Positions 1 through 13,740 are shown, counted from the first letter of the stretch. The stretch is DNA of 64,000 bases from Phoronis australis (GCA_002633005.1 NMRA01000044.1:840074-904073), one strand, 5' to 3'. Program-made: numbers and translations. Notes: generated from the letters alone by a model not told the origin.

Positions 1-875
1 GCCCTACAGATGAGCAATGAAACTTATTACTCTCTTGTATTTTTATCCTTTTCGGGCTACTGAAAATAAAGGTAGACTAAGAAAAAAAGGGGAAAAGAAG
101 GCAAAGTGGGCACTTTTCACCCCAAAGCCACCACTTCCCTGCCGTTGCATGACTAAAGTCAACAATAGAGTCTGAAAGCAAATTTCCTAACGATTCCAAA
201 AAAGTTAGTGTGGTTCAAAAGTACTGTCAGTCTACTACTTTTTTGCAAATCTGATTTGTTTGAGGGCTACCTGAAATCGCAGCCAATTTCTCAGTCGTTA
301 CCCAACAATGAGTCAATTGTAACAGGGGGCCGCCATCTTGAAGAAGAGTGTAGGTAGGCTACAGCCGAGCAAGTGGTCTTTTTCATTCTCAACATGTTCA
401 CAAATACAAACAAACCACATCCACTTGGCCTATCTGCAGTACCTAACTAAAAATGCCTCCAAACCTGGCCTACCATTAGATTTTAATATTTTGGAGTGCA
501 AATTGGCCGCAGCCGCAGCCCAACTGTTCAGTGCCACCAGCTACTGTGTTTCTGAACAAAGCATGTGCTATGCAACAGTCTGCTGTTATTCTTAGATCAG
601 ATTGTGTTGCTACTCGTTTGTACTAGTAAATGATTTGTAAGTTGAAGGCGTTGTTTATGTTGGGTAGGAAAACCTTGTAGAAACGTGTGATATATGTTGC
701 GTGCGTCTTCTCTGTAAGCTTAGCCAATTAAGTGCTTCTGGTACTATCGATTTGTCTGATCCTTTCATGATCCCTACTGCAAGCGTTCTAATGATATCAG
801 GGACTCAGCACGTGCACTCTACAACATCGCAGCACAGAACCCCAGATTAAGTACATAAAAATTAATAGATGGCGA

Positions 876-1296
876 AGTCGTTATCTCCTGTAATCTAGAA
901 CCCTCGTGAATTTTGAAGAATTGTTGCCCGAGGGCAATTCAGGGGATGGATGATTTTTACAAGTGAGAGAAATTGGCAGATAAATTTTACTGAAGGAACG
1001 ATGTAGTTTTTATTGAAATGTTACGTCTTATTTTTCACGGCGTAATAAATGTCGGTACAGTGCGGTTTGTTGAACGATTATTGCGCGTCTTCATTTAGTA
1101 TTCAATTTGCAGGTAAGATAACGTCAGCTGCTGAGTAGCTCAGTAGTTAAGGTGACTTCTGTCATTACACAAAACTTGTGAAACGTGTTCGAATCCGGCC
1201 TCGGGTTCCCGTCAAAATGTTAATCAACACGCGTTAATTAACAAAATGGATTAATTAACTTTTGTGTTGCCATGTCAGGCTGATTATGTGGTACAA
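876..1296 (+). mobile_element. Dispersed repeat, copy 1, with an internal tRNA-like Pol III promoter
   Basis: Shares its start (AGTCGTTATCTCC..CTAGA.CCCTCGTG.ATTTTG), its GTTCGAA.CCGGCCTCGG.TTCCCG.CAAAATGTTA block and its end (TGTGGTA.AA) with 4729..5614. A-box-like TAGCTCAGTAGT at 1136 and B-box GTTCGAATCC at 1187. Confidence 0.65.
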
Positions 1297-1479
1297 TAGC
1301 ATTTAATCTATGATAGAACTCTAGGACTAGAGTAACAATTGGAGACGGCTCTTGAATGTTGTTTAAAAGAGTACATCATTTTTTGTAATTTGGTAAATAA
1401 CTCCAAACTCATGTGGAACTTTGACCTGTTTCATAGCCAGATGTGGCCGGTTGAAAGGGATCTTTCGGTATTTTACCTC

Positions 1480-1780
1480 ATGGTGTTAGAAAAGTCACGC
1501 AAGGGCTTGTCTCTGCTTTGAATCGGGTTATCCAATTTCGAAGTTTGTCATCAGCTCTCTTTGTAACACCATCCTCGTGAATGAGGATTCTGTTTCGGGA
1601 ACGGATGGAAGAGGTGTGCGTCATCTTCATAAAGGAGAGTGTTGGTACTCAGGGTATCTGGGAAACCTAGAATCCTTCTCTTGGGTAGTCCTGCGTTGAT
1701 GAACGCCGGTAGGGACTGCTGCGCGAGTTCACCATCGATACGAACGTAGTTGACACGATGGGATAGGATGGTATTGAAGA
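1480..1780 (-). pseudogene. Degenerate non-LTR retrotransposon (LINE) reverse transcriptase fragment
   Basis: The minus strand reads ILSHRVNYVRIDGEL...INAGLPKRRILG...TLLYEDDAHLF, then after frameshifts LQREL/DKLRNW. These resemble decayed LINE RT motifs (LSxRxxxVxxxG, GVPQGSxLG, YADD, LQxDL). Confidence 0.65.
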
Positions 1781-2038
1781 AGGGTGATATTATTGGTTAT
1801 CAAATTACGTTATTGAATTCATCGTATTTTGACGCATTTTACGTATCGTATTTCATTAATTTGACGAAGAAAAGCACGCTTTTTTATAAAATGTAGACCT
1901 TTAAAAAGTTTGAAAATGGTTTTACTAGCGACATGAAATTAAAGTAGTCCCATATTACGCTTTCCTTCGCACCATCTTTTCGTATCCTTTGTCTTGGACA
2001 AGTTGGCGGTACTACATGCACTAGTGAAGCTGTGTTAA

Positions 2039-3109
2039 AGAGTCTCCACCATGCATTTCGTTAGTTTTGAGGTTTCAGTTAGCTAATATGAAATTAGTAC
2101 AATAAAATCTAACTAAATAAGCACTTTTTTGATTTTGAAAAAACTTTTTTTATTTCCAAGTTTCTTACCAAATGATGTAATGGGTGGAAGATTTTTGGTC
2201 ACTTAACAATAGCGGAACACACCAAATTAGAAGACGACCGCGATTTTGAACGAGAACTGGACAATTGTTATACAGACAGAGAAGAGAGTGGATACGGGCA
2301 TCACACTCAAGTACTTGAAGAATCAGACAACGAATTCCATCTCCTACTTAGCGAACTTTTGTCGTCTTTGAACTCGACCCACTTGCACGAGAAATGCCGT
2401 AGACATAACGTGAGGCACAACCACTTGAACTAAGGGGTGGTCAATATTCACAAAATAGACACTTAATAATCACTGACAAAGGCCACGTTAAACCTCGGTC
2501 ACTCGTATTCACTGTTGCCATGATGGAATGACCACGGTCTAAACACAATGCATAGTAGCACTCGATCTGGCCCGGGTTCGAGAGCCTGACATTACTTGCC
2601 TTAGAATGGAAGCAGTTTGTTCGTTATTTATAAAATTTGGAAATACACTTACAGGTGGCAAGTCCTTCATGGTAACGCCGCTTTTGTGTTTGATCGAATA
2701 TTCCTTGACTGAAATATGCCGAACAAAGTGCGGTTCCCGACCGAATCGTATGTTCCACACTCCAGTCGTACGGCCGGCGCACAAACCGATGCACATTCCT
2801 GGGCAACTTTCACGTTTTTTGGAAATTCGAACACAGAGGCGCTCTCGCGGTCAAGTTGCATCCTCCACAAACGCACCTTTTTTGTCTGAAAAAGGCGACT
2901 CTCCGCGGACTTTCCTCAAAACTCTTCAGCATCGCACTGGTAAAAACAACAACGGCCAAGACGGTCTTCCACCCATTGCGTACGACCGCGATAACAGATT
3001 TTTTTTTAAATTCTTGTTTCTTAGCCACAGGTACACTAAAGGCTACCAATTCTCTTAAGATGTATTAAATAAAATTCTTTTTGAGACACAAGGTCATGGT
3101 GGGAACTCT
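2039..3109. mobile_element. Kolobok-like DNA transposon remnant (about 1.07 kb) with a frameshifted THAP domain
   Basis: TTAA flanks both ends (2035-2038, 3110-3113). The 15-bp imperfect TIRs are AGAGTCTCCACCATG and CATGGTGGGAACTCT, with purine-purine termini. Three minus frames (about 2680-2885) piece together KRCVCGGCN / SVFEFPKN / RFVRRPYDW / ALCSAYF, a THAP C2CH pattern. Confidence 0.75.
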
Positions 3110-4728
3110 TTAAAACAAAATTAGGTCGGAACCTTCTGTACTTGAGGGGACCTCTTTGAAAGCAGGCCGCTTACATTTCAAATATTCTAATAAATAGATG
3201 AATGAACACGATAGCTTCATCAGCAAATCTTTACGAGTACGGTATCAAATGAGCTTGGACGGACTTCATAGCTGCTGTAAATAGAGTTAGGTACATTTGC
3301 GATAGGTTGACATTATTTGTGGTCTTCGTATCCGTTCTGCGATGCTCAGAGCATGCGTCAGATAAGCGATCAAACCGCTAGGAATTCAGAAAACTGCCCT
3401 TCTTAACTTTTGTAAATGCTGCGAACAATTGATTGCTGTGGGTGATAATTTGGTTCAGAGTTACTTCATTCGTCTAAACCGTCCAATTACAACCTGCATG
3501 CGAATTATTAAATCGTTCAGTAGTGTAATTGCCGTGTATGGAAAACTGTTGCTGTTGCTTCAAACGAAAACAACGGTAAACGATTTGCACTTATAGTCAT
3601 AAGTGTATTGATCGTTTTCTACAAAAATGTCAAGAGAGATTTAAGAATTCCATAATCTTTCTCTTCACCCACCACCTATTAGGACACACCTTCAACGTCA
3701 ATATATCTGTTTCTGTGTGCTTTTTGTTGCCATTGTACTTCCAAATACAGTACAATGTTTATGATATCCTTTCACCCCATCAAAAAACCAACAGAAAACG
3801 AATGTCAGAATTTCTTAGTTACGTTGACAATGCGGTTACTCAATCACAATTGTTCTTCGCGGTAATTTCCGTATGCATTTAACTATTTTATTCTTGGACA
3901 ATATTTCATCAGTCTTCGTCGTGGCCTGTCGATGACGTTTCGGTGGGACAGCTCAGAGTCTTCGATCGTTCGTGCATCTCTGACAGTGTTGGATTTTGGG
4001 ATCTATCGAGTCGATTTCTTTTAAAACCATGGTGGAAAGTTACTCAGATGTTTTCTGAGCTGTTTTTTGACATAAGTCGAATTGGTTGATTTAGAAATTG
4101 ACGGTGGGGTTGAACAGGTGCTTCAAAACATACAAAATTATAATAAAAAAACAGTTGACGACCTGCAAGAAGCAGAACATGTTCCTATTTGTCCGGCACA
4201 AAAATGAAATAAAAACCTGGCTAAAATTACTGAAACGGTATAAAATCAACACACTTCAAGGCTTTTCGCTGTTGACCCGCGAAAATCACCTTAGTCGCGG
4301 ACTTACAAGTCAATTTTATCCAACACTGGCTATTAATCATTATAGTGTTCTTATATTTAACTCGTAATTCTCAATCTGTTGCAAGCAAACATTTCTAAGT
4401 CTGGACCGCACACCACCTGTTGGCCACATCCGATTTTGTACTTTTTAGTAATCTGCCTTTAATCGGGCCACGTAGCAATCATTTTAGTAAAATTCAGCAA
4501 AAATGGCGGTATCAATAGCATGACTAAATTTCTGTTGCTAAAAATGTTCAATATGAAATCTCAAAATCCCTGTTACGGTTTTCTGAATTATTTTGTATTA
4601 ATTCGTTTGATGCAGTTTGATTTTTTTAAGAAAAATCGTAAAAATCCTATAAAAAAGCGGAACATTTTATTGTCATGTTCTAGTATCTTTTTTGAGGACA
4701 GTGCATAAATGTATTATTACATGCTCTC

Positions 4729-5614
4729 AGTCGTTATCTCCCAATTCTAGAGCCCTCGTGGATTTTGGAGAATTATCGCCCTTAATTTTGATAAAATCAA
4801 ACTACGGACAATTTTATGGAATTTGCTGAAGAAATATGGCGAATAAATTTTGACAGAAATTATTTTGCCAGACTCGGGACCGCAGCCTATCGGACCCGGT
4901 GCGGATCGAGACCAGACACTGGCGAACGGTNNNNNNNNNNNNNNNNNNNNNNNNNNNNNNNNNNNNNNNNNNNNNNNNNNNNNNNNNNNNNNNNNNNNNN
5001 NNNNNNNNNNNNNNNNNNNNNNNNNNNNNNNNNNNNNNNNNNNNNNNNNNNNNNNNNNNNNNNNNNNNNNNNNNNNNNNNNNNNNNNNNNNNNNNNNNNN
5101 NNNNNNNNNNNNNNNNNNNNNNNNNNNNNNNNNNNNNNNNNNNNNNNNNNNNNNNNNNNNNNNNNNNNNNNNNNNNNNNNNNNNNNNNNNNNNNNNNNNN
5201 NNNNNNNNNNNNNNNNNNNNNNNNNNNNNNNNNNNNNNNNNNNNNNNNNNNNNNNNNNNNNNNNNNNNNNNCTGATGAGCCGGAAATGTGGGTACGGAAA
5301 TAACCGATGACAACCGGTAATCATACGCTCAGAGAAAAGGGTCAAATACTGTTAAAAAATCGCTTTTGGCAAGAAAGGCGAAAAGAATATAAAGAAAGGG
5401 TGTCGAAAATAAGAATTTATGTAGTAAGTATTTTCGGATACTGGAACCACATGGGCAGTTTGCAAGAAGGACTTTAAGTCGACGACCGAAACTCTTGCGG
5501 CCCGGGTTCGAACCCGGCCTCGGTTTCCCGCCAAAATGTTATCTCACTAGTGAGATAACTATATGGGTTATTACACGGTTGTATCGGCCATTCGAGGCTA
5601 ATATTGTGGTATAA
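4729..5614 (+). mobile_element. Dispersed repeat, copy 2 (spans the assembly gap)
   Basis: Homologous to 876..1296. B-box GGTTCGAACCC near 5505 and a perfect 22-bp palindrome GTTATCTCACTAGTGAGATAAC at 5538-5559. Confidence 0.65.
4931..5271. other. Assembly gap (341 N)
   Basis: Run of N. Confidence 0.99.
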
Positions 5615-6933
5615 AGGATAGTATCAGAAAGTTTCATATGAATCCGATGGGCCATTTCTGAGATATTACTGTTCCAAAGTAAACGAAATTTGGACACTTT
5701 TCTGGGTCCTACATATCCTTAAGGTTCGCATGGCCGAATGACGTCAGATAAGAAATTACTGAAGGACAGTCTTAGGAAGCACGGAAAGAGTTATTAAATA
5801 ACTTCTTCCCGAAATATAACGGCAGCGTTGCCCTTTTTATAGAATGATAAGACGTTACATAATGGATTGTGAGAAAGGCTCATCAAAAGCAGAATAAAAG
5901 CAGAGAACTTAACCGTCAGTTCCAACCAACTTGGATGGAAGATGTCCCAAAAAGTCGACCTTTGCGGGTTTTACTCAAAATTCTTAGCACAGACCTCCGC
6001 CAGGCACTGTTTTTGCTGATATTGCGCTGGTCTGCGTTTTAGTAGACCCAAGAAACTCGCGCTTAAACAGTACACACCATGGATTTTTGCACATTTCGAA
6101 TTACCGGTGGCCACAGACTAAATGTATGGCGTCAAATTTAGTCAAATCCATGATTATTTTGTGTCATTAGCTCGAAATTTTGATTTCTCTTTCAATTTGG
6201 CCAATTTTCACATTTCCCGCCATGTGGCATCATGGGTTGAACACAAGAGATCAGCGACTAGCATTGAACAACGGCGGAGAGTAGTAATAAAATTTATTTT
6301 GAGGTACAAGAGTCATGTTGCGTACACTTTAAAGCTCGTATGGTCACGTGTTTCGCTTGCAATGAATGGCCAAAAATCACGAAGAGTGTCATGATCTTGC
6401 GTTTTCCTGAGCCACCTGAGTCTACGGAATGCAGCCCTGGTCGCACAGAATTGTCACATAAGACAGTGTATGCTCAATGACAATGCACTTCTCTTAATCA
6501 CTTTGCCTGATTCCAATAGTATTGAATAGAGCGATTAACCGGGGGCTATGTTGACACCTTTGATAGACGCAACAAAGCTGCACATTTTCCCCTACGATCG
6601 CTTTACAGCTTCGATAAAATCTGAAAAGTTTGAGCTTAAACAGACTTGTTCCAGATATCTATATTAGTATTTAAAGCAGTAAAAAATCCGCGTTCCGTCG
6701 AAGAAACTAATTTAGAACATTTACTGCCGCTGTAAAATTGGTCTGAACGTCTTGCTTACTTGAAAAGGAAAGCGTGTTTAGTCTTGCACGGAACTGACTG
6801 TTCGCTGCTGCTACAGATCATACTTGGCAAATAAAATGACACGCCGTGACCGGTCATCTTGTAGAGCCCGTTCCCATGTAATAATGTACTATCAGTTCTT
6901 TCCTAGTCCCGAAATTACACATATTTTGACTGA

Positions 6934-7093
6934 CAAGAGAATCCAGATTTTTTTAAAAGGGGGAACAAGGATTTTATTAAAAGAGGGGTCCAAATCAACA
7001 ATTTGAAAATTCTAGATGTGATATCACTAATATCAAGGAAAAGAGGGGTCTGGACCCTGTTAACCCTCCCCCCCGTCCGTGGATCCGCCTATG
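6934..7093. mobile_element. GC-rich MITE with 5-bp TSD ACTGA
   Basis: The right end is GGATCCGCCTATG and the left end CAAGAGAATCC is decayed. ACTGA lies at 6929-6933 and 7094-7098. Confidence 0.6.
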
Positions 7094-9598
7094 ACTGAGG
7101 AACAATTTGAAATCAATTTCATAACAGTGAGTGGTCTAAATTAAAAGTTGGTTTGAGCCGTTTTAAGTTTATTTAATCCAATGATTGTTTACATCGCTTA
7201 TTTCACAACTTATTTCCGCAAAATCGCCAACGTTCACTTAAATTGCCTAACAATTCAAACAATCTTTCAATTATACAACATAATTCTAAGCCCATAGCAT
7301 CCTTAAGCAACTGTGTTGTATGTGTCGATATTGTTGGCGGGTTAATTAATAATTATTCTATCACAAGGGTTAGGTCTTGTTTCAACTCACAATGCTCTGA
7401 ACTACATGGTGGCAGTCACGTACTTTTTAGTTACGAAAAGAAAACTACACGTACTAGCTAACCCGCACCCGGATGTCACATTTATTTGATTATCCCGACT
7501 GGTTGCTAGTTTCGTAATAAAATATCCACACGGGGTTTGTTTGCTACACAAAACTGTCACAACTGAGTTGCGATGATTATGTTAGCTGCCATCCAAAGTG
7601 TCGCGTTAATTGCAGCATTGTGCATTTTTAGATTAGCAACCCGCGCAATCAAGACTTTTGAAAGTTTTTCAAAACACAAAGGACATAATTAATACCACGA
7701 CGGTACACGGCACGAAAATACTACCGTAAAATTTCTAATGGAACCTGCATTATATTTCAGCTTCTGTTTTTGAAGGCCGATATATCCAGAGAGAGAATAC
7801 GCCATGTTGAGTTTTGAGTATTTGACTGCCAACATACCACGGGCGCGTTAGTGAATTACGCGGTTCTCCATTCAAATACTTGCAGTCCGGACACGGAGTC
7901 CAATGACTCGCTTAGGTTCAATTCACAACATCGGTTTTCGTCGTGCTTTTATCAATATCAATTTCAACAGTCCTTGGCTTGAATTAGAAGGATTATTTAG
8001 CTCAAGTTAGAAACACAGATGGCGCATGCTTCACACTTCATCATGTTCATATTTGTATGACTTCGACAGGCTCAGCCACACATCCAAGGAAACTGATTTA
8101 TGAAACTTACAGGATATATAAGAAATAAATGATTCAACACACATATATCCACTTGCCTTTTTGATCTTTTCTCGGAAACCATAACTTTCCAAGTCACTAC
8201 AACAGATTTTGTCGGTGATCTCCCCCGGCCTATGCGGCCATTCATTTAATTTTCACCGTGACTCCTCATGGACTTGCACAGTTGTGGTTGTGTTATTTCG
8301 TCAACTTTACGATAATGTAGCCGGCTATTCAGTACAACCTTATATTTCAATGGACTCGAGGGGTGCATTGCTTGAAAAACCTGATGTCGGGTAGCAAATT
8401 TCGCATGAAGTCGGTTTTTTGTTACGGTTTGGAATAGCAAACGCGTGACACAAACGAGTGTAAACACATTGTAAAACTTATCTATGGACTGAGTGAGGAG
8501 GAATTTGTGTCATTATCTTTCTGCATGGCTTTTTGTTGCCTGTTGTATGTAGACGTTTTCGTAGCCCAATGGAAATATGTCCGGCAGCGGGAAGTGAAGG
8601 TATATTTATGTGCCTATGCGTTTCCTATCTCCGCGAGCGAAGAGAGCTTGAATGCCGAAGTGCGACTAGTAGGCCATGAACATACATGATTATTACTTGT
8701 TTGTTGTTAGATGAAACTGCCGCAAATTACTTTCACCACGGTTTCCTACTTGGTTTTAACGTTTCCATTCGCATGATTTTTACCATCCTGGTAGGGCCTA
8801 ACCACTAAGCAGAGTTAGAGCTTCAGCAAATAAATGTGCTGGCCCGCCGAGCCAGTTATTTGATTATGAGACCCCATTCACATAGTGCCTACAGTGTATA
8901 TGTGAAAGTTTACTGGCCCGGCTGCAAATCCACTGGTCCTGGGCCCACCAGGCTAGCGTGTATTTCGAACGCTGCCAGACGCGTAATTCCTCATTCTTCA
9001 GTGCACGGCATTCAGTGAACACGCAACCGAACAGTGTCATGACTGCCTTGTAACAAGACTCGTATAGCGGTAGGGTTGTTTAAATTAATTATCTATTCAC
9101 TAGCACCCTCATAATTCAGTGCATGAAATTATAAAAAAGTGATGCGGCGATGTTTATTGACAACTGAAACAAATGATTGGGTCGTACGAACGCTTTGCCA
9201 ACGTTTTGTTTCATGCAGTGCGTTTCACTCTCACCTTCGTTGATAATGGTCGAGAATGGCTTCGGAATGACCGAGACCGTTTTCTGAAACGCGTGCGCCT
9301 GACGAAAACTAAAATGCATTTACAACGGAAAACAACATGACTAGGAAGGTACAGGATCTAGTGGTGCTTCGTCATCGCCTATTTGTCTACGAGAATTTTG
9401 CGTCACCCTGTACTGCGTGTTTAATGCCGTCTCCGTTATAAACTGTCTTCATAACGATTTGTTTGGCAAGCTGTCATGCGGATGTGACCGTTGTGTTTTG
9501 CAGGTAACAGAGCTCGAGGAAAACACTTGATGCAGAATGCTTGATAACACGATATCTCGACATCCAACGTGAGCGATCTATTCTAGTGGGTCCTGATC

Positions 9599-9689
9599 AT
9601 GAGCTCATGGCGTTTCAGTGACTGTCTTTTTCTTCTGCTCGTTATCGTCAAGTTTTTCAGGAGTATTTCTAGTATCAACTGTACCACAG
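9599..9689 (+). CDS. FNDC4/FNDC5-like protein, coding exon 1 (signal peptide)
   Basis: Encodes MSSWRFSDCLFLLLVIVKFFRSISSINCTT, with a hydrophobic core. Ends at a strong phase-1 donor CAG|GTAAGA. An upstream acceptor TTTTGCAG at 9503 suggests the exon starts in the 5'UTR at about 9504. The phase matches the FN3 exon. Confidence 0.7.
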
Positions 9690-12005
9690 GTAAGAAACGT
9701 CTATTGGCAGTCGCTTTTTGAATAGTGGTTAATTTCCACTCATTATTGCCATCATCGTCAATACTTTATGTGGACAGACTCGCCACTCGCACCAAAACTG
9801 AAGTTGTCATCACACCGAGAGATGACGTTTATTGCATGACAATTATCTAGACTTCGACTCATTACATATTACTTTACTACTACATGATGCGCATGCATTT
9901 AGCAATTGTTGTTGCATTATTTTCTATTTTTTCCTTCCACAGTGCAGTTCTATTGAGACCACTGAAAATAGTTTTCAGCCAGTCAATAAATGTTTTCCAC
10001 CAATGTCGGAAACATTTTTATCCCAGTGGGAATAGAAAATAATGCAAATATCGTTTCTATAAACATACAACTCGTGAACGGCTACAGTATCGTATTAACG
10101 GTATTACGGTATTAGTCGAAACACTAAAACTAAATATGCAATGGGTGTAACTGTCCTGCATCTACAGCATAGCAACATTTTTATTGTGAATCTGAACCCA
10201 GTGCAGCTCTAATGTTTATTTGACTCCCAAGAATGTTGTGCGCCCTGGTTCTGCGCATGCTTTGTATACCAATTTTGACGGAATTCACTTCATGGTATTC
10301 AGTCTGAGAGTGCGTGAACAGTGCAGGCACGAGGTTAGTTTTCGAACTTTTGGTTGGCTAGAGAGCGGTGAAGGTAAAAACACGGCTATCATGTGTCATA
10401 TCACATTTGTTCTTTAAGCTGGCAGAAAAATCACAACTTTTGTTTGGTTAAAGATAATGCACGCGTGAATAGAAAGAATTATTGATAGTTTTGTGAGAGG
10501 GATAGGCCTTTGCTTTACCGATCGATTGTTCTTCTTATGTATTTATTGTGCAATATCGGTTTACATGTGAGGTACTATAAACATTCGAATATTTCCCGTT
10601 ATTAAATAGGTTCAAGCACATTGGCCTCCTCTGGTCCTTTATACCTTTAAGAGAACACCGCGCGTGTACTCCCATGTATCTGATACATCGCAGGACCAAA
10701 TAACGTAAAAACGACCAAGACTTCTGTCGCATCTGTGAGCAGAGTTAGTGCAGCCAACAAGGCGCTCGATTTCGCATATAGTTTATGGGAAAAATATACT
10801 TTGTTATTGAACTTTCAACGGTTATAAAAGTGGACGATTGTCAGCTTGGCAGGCGTATTGTCACAGCGGTCACGTATTAAAGTGAGTGGCGTGGATTAAT
10901 ATCTGCGCAGGTTTCAGTGCTCTGATATGATTAAACAATCCCTAACTTCTTTGGTTGCATTTTTTCCATAGAATGTATGGTTGAGCCTGTTGAAGCCTTA
11001 TAAGTGTGGCTAGTGTTGACTTGGCGTAGTAAATGTCTCTTTGGTGACTTTTAAAGATATAAATTATCCTCGTCTTATGAAAGACATGAAAGTTTTGGTC
11101 GTAAGTCGAGTTGTATTTAATGTGAAAGTCACCGAGAGGTCTCATTAGTACCAGATAGGTGAAATTGTGTGTTTCACCCGTACATGTATTCCCATAAATT
11201 AAACGCGAACATTGAAACAGATATCATTCCACTGACCTCCATAGAGAGTCAATATTAGCAAATGAAAAACCAATCAATTTCTTCAGAGGGCTTAACGAGA
11301 TCAGTAAAACCCTACTCCGCTTCAATGCAGGAAATTCCGTACATGTTATTGAATAAACTAGAGGCTGCAGCACCTACCATTCAATTTTACCCATCATATT
11401 TCAGTCAACTAAAATTTTGATTTTTTATTAAAACATGGCGTCGAACATATAGCGCGAACTCCTAAATACAGTCTCGGTAATTACATGTATGTATAACACA
11501 CCTTGCATGCGTTCCGTAGATGAGGGAGTCTTCTAGAAATGTTAGCTCACGTAAGACTTCGTGAGATGTCGCCATGTATTGTAAGCGAATCTGGTGATCA
11601 CACTCCGCGAGATTCTTGAGTCTACAGAATTAAATTTTGCACGTACAATTTAAAGCAGGCGTTGACTTTTAGATGATAAAGTTGAATTAACAACTTCGGC
11701 AAAGCTTTGAATCAAGAAGTTTTTAAAACGTGTGTGTACATTTTGTGAGTTCTCCAGCCGGTGACGTATTAATGAAAGCTAGGTTGCCGCTACTACTGTC
11801 GAGATAACGGGTAAACATATTACTTAACGGCAAAACTAGGCCCCGGAGTCTAATCTCCGAATTCGAACTCAAAATTGTTTTTGATATTTTTTGATCTACT
11901 GTAGTTCTAACTTCTTGCTAAAGGCAGTTACTAACCAGCCATCACAAAAATGAACTTTTGATTTAGACTTCTTGTTCCTTAGTCACACTGGAGGGGATAA
12001 CACAG

Positions 12006-12230
12006 CAGTGGCAGATCTACGATTTCAGTAAGGGGGTTTAGGATTCGCGCGAAGCCGACGCGCCGAGCGGACGAAAGGTCGAGAAGGGGTTTCCCTCCTA
12101 CCGTGCAAGATTTTCTTTTGGGTGGGGGGTTTAGTAGCTGATTTCGTTTTCCTGGCGACATCTTTTTTTGAATTTTTTTATCCTGTCCCGAGGGGGGACT
12201 GGACCCCCTGAACCCCTCCCTCCCTCCCGA
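12006..12230. mobile_element. Degenerate GC-rich MITE (CAGTGGC.GATCTA end)
   Basis: Starts CAGTGGCAGATCTA and has the GGGGGACTGGACCCCCTGAACCCC subterminal block also seen near 7045-7075. The right end is uncertain. Confidence 0.5.
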
Positions 12231-13740
12231 GTTTGAACTCCAGTTGGTAGCTAGACTCTAGGCGCCATCAAGTGCGAACTTGGGCAAGAAGCTCGTCTGC
12301 ATGGGGCACCCAGGCATATACACTTACCCGTGCCGGAAGCATATCTGTGTGCCGTTCGCAAAAATGCGGATTCGTACGGAAATTTGGCACGTAGTACGCA
12401 AGCACCGGGTAAAAATACGAAAATTTGAAGCAGGTTATTTACTGAGTTCTTAATCTTTTAGTGACAAGCTAACAATAGAAATGGAAGAATTTTTAATTAG
12501 ACATTAAAAAACATACATTCATGTTATTTTAACTAAAAAACGTGAGCTCCTAATTCGGCAACTTTCTCCGATTCATACTTATCCATGCAGGTAGCAAGGC
12601 TTCTTCTATCGATTTTTATCATCACCAGCCTCAACTATAAACAATGACATCTGTGAATGGCTGATTGTTGACTTCATTTAATTCCGGCTATCTCCGGCTA
12701 AATACGTACTGTTGTCAAATGACAAAGCGTGCGGAGAGGCTGCATCATGGACATCTGTGATGTCTATGGGCTGCATATTCCGAGCTGTGAAGAAAATAGC
12801 TTCTAAAACAAGGGAGCATTTTTTGCCACGTTATTACGAAGAATGTCAATGTCCTGTGGAATGTTCCGTTGAATTTATGTTGCTAGTTGTGTAGAGCGCT
12901 ATTTTCTTGCGCATATGCGGACTGCACTGACTTTGCCATGCACATGCGGCACTCCGAGCCGTCGGCTAAAGTCGAGGCTTTTTGACAGGCAGTACGGTGT
13001 TACGTATTTATAGACGCTTGCAATGAATAATTATTCCAAACTTTTGTAAATGGTTAAGAACATCAGTGTCGTCTGGTGCAAAACATTATGCAGATTCGTG
13101 AGCACTTTTTGCAGATATGTTTTTAGTTTAAGAAACGTCCATAACTTTTCAATCAAGAAACTGTTTGCTGCGTATCCAGCTTATCATTATCACGATTCAC
13201 TGTAAATTACACGGCGTGTATTAACAAAATTATTTAGCTTCAGTAAAGAACCCTTCTATTGATTAACTGGATCACTACAGCAAACACGGTCCACCAACTA
13301 AACACCTTATATGATTCTGAAAATTGAAATCAACTCAGTATGTGAATTTTAAAATCTGTTTCAAAGGTAAGTTACTAGGAAAAGTACAAGCTGAACAGTT
13401 TCAATATGCTAACGTGCTGAAAAGTTCGAATTTTCGATGTTTCATAGTCTATACGCGAAAATCTACAAATTTACTGAAAATCTGCAAACTTACTGAAAAT
13501 CTGCATATTTATTGAAATTCTGCAAATCTGGCGTCCAAAGTACTCAAATGCAGTTTTGGTGCTACGCAGGTCTGCGGTAATCACCGATAGTTCTGACAAA
13601 CGCAATATTAGGCCACACTTTACCATAGTTACTGTTGCGAAGTACAACAAGCGCAAAGGTAATATGTTGGAAGTCTTTTGCAAGCTTTTGCAGTGAATTA
13701 TTCTGTACGGTGTGTTTCCATATTATCAAAATAAGCCCTG

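Larger units (their letters stand above)
4440..5718. mobile_element. Older copy of the Kolobok-like MITE at 48689..49193, interrupted by an insertion
   Basis: Matching blocks TAAAATT.AGCAAAAAT and AAATGTTCAA.ATGAAATCTCAAAA, plus the right end GTCCTACATATCC-TTAA (versus GTCCTACATAACC-TTAA). The left boundary is uncertain. Confidence 0.55.

Noticed and set aside
2606-3058. 150-aa plus-strand ORF
   Set aside because: Antisense shadow of the decayed THAP region inside the transposon.
4747-5345. Long ORFs of 134-188 aa
   Set aside because: Artefacts of translating through the N gap.
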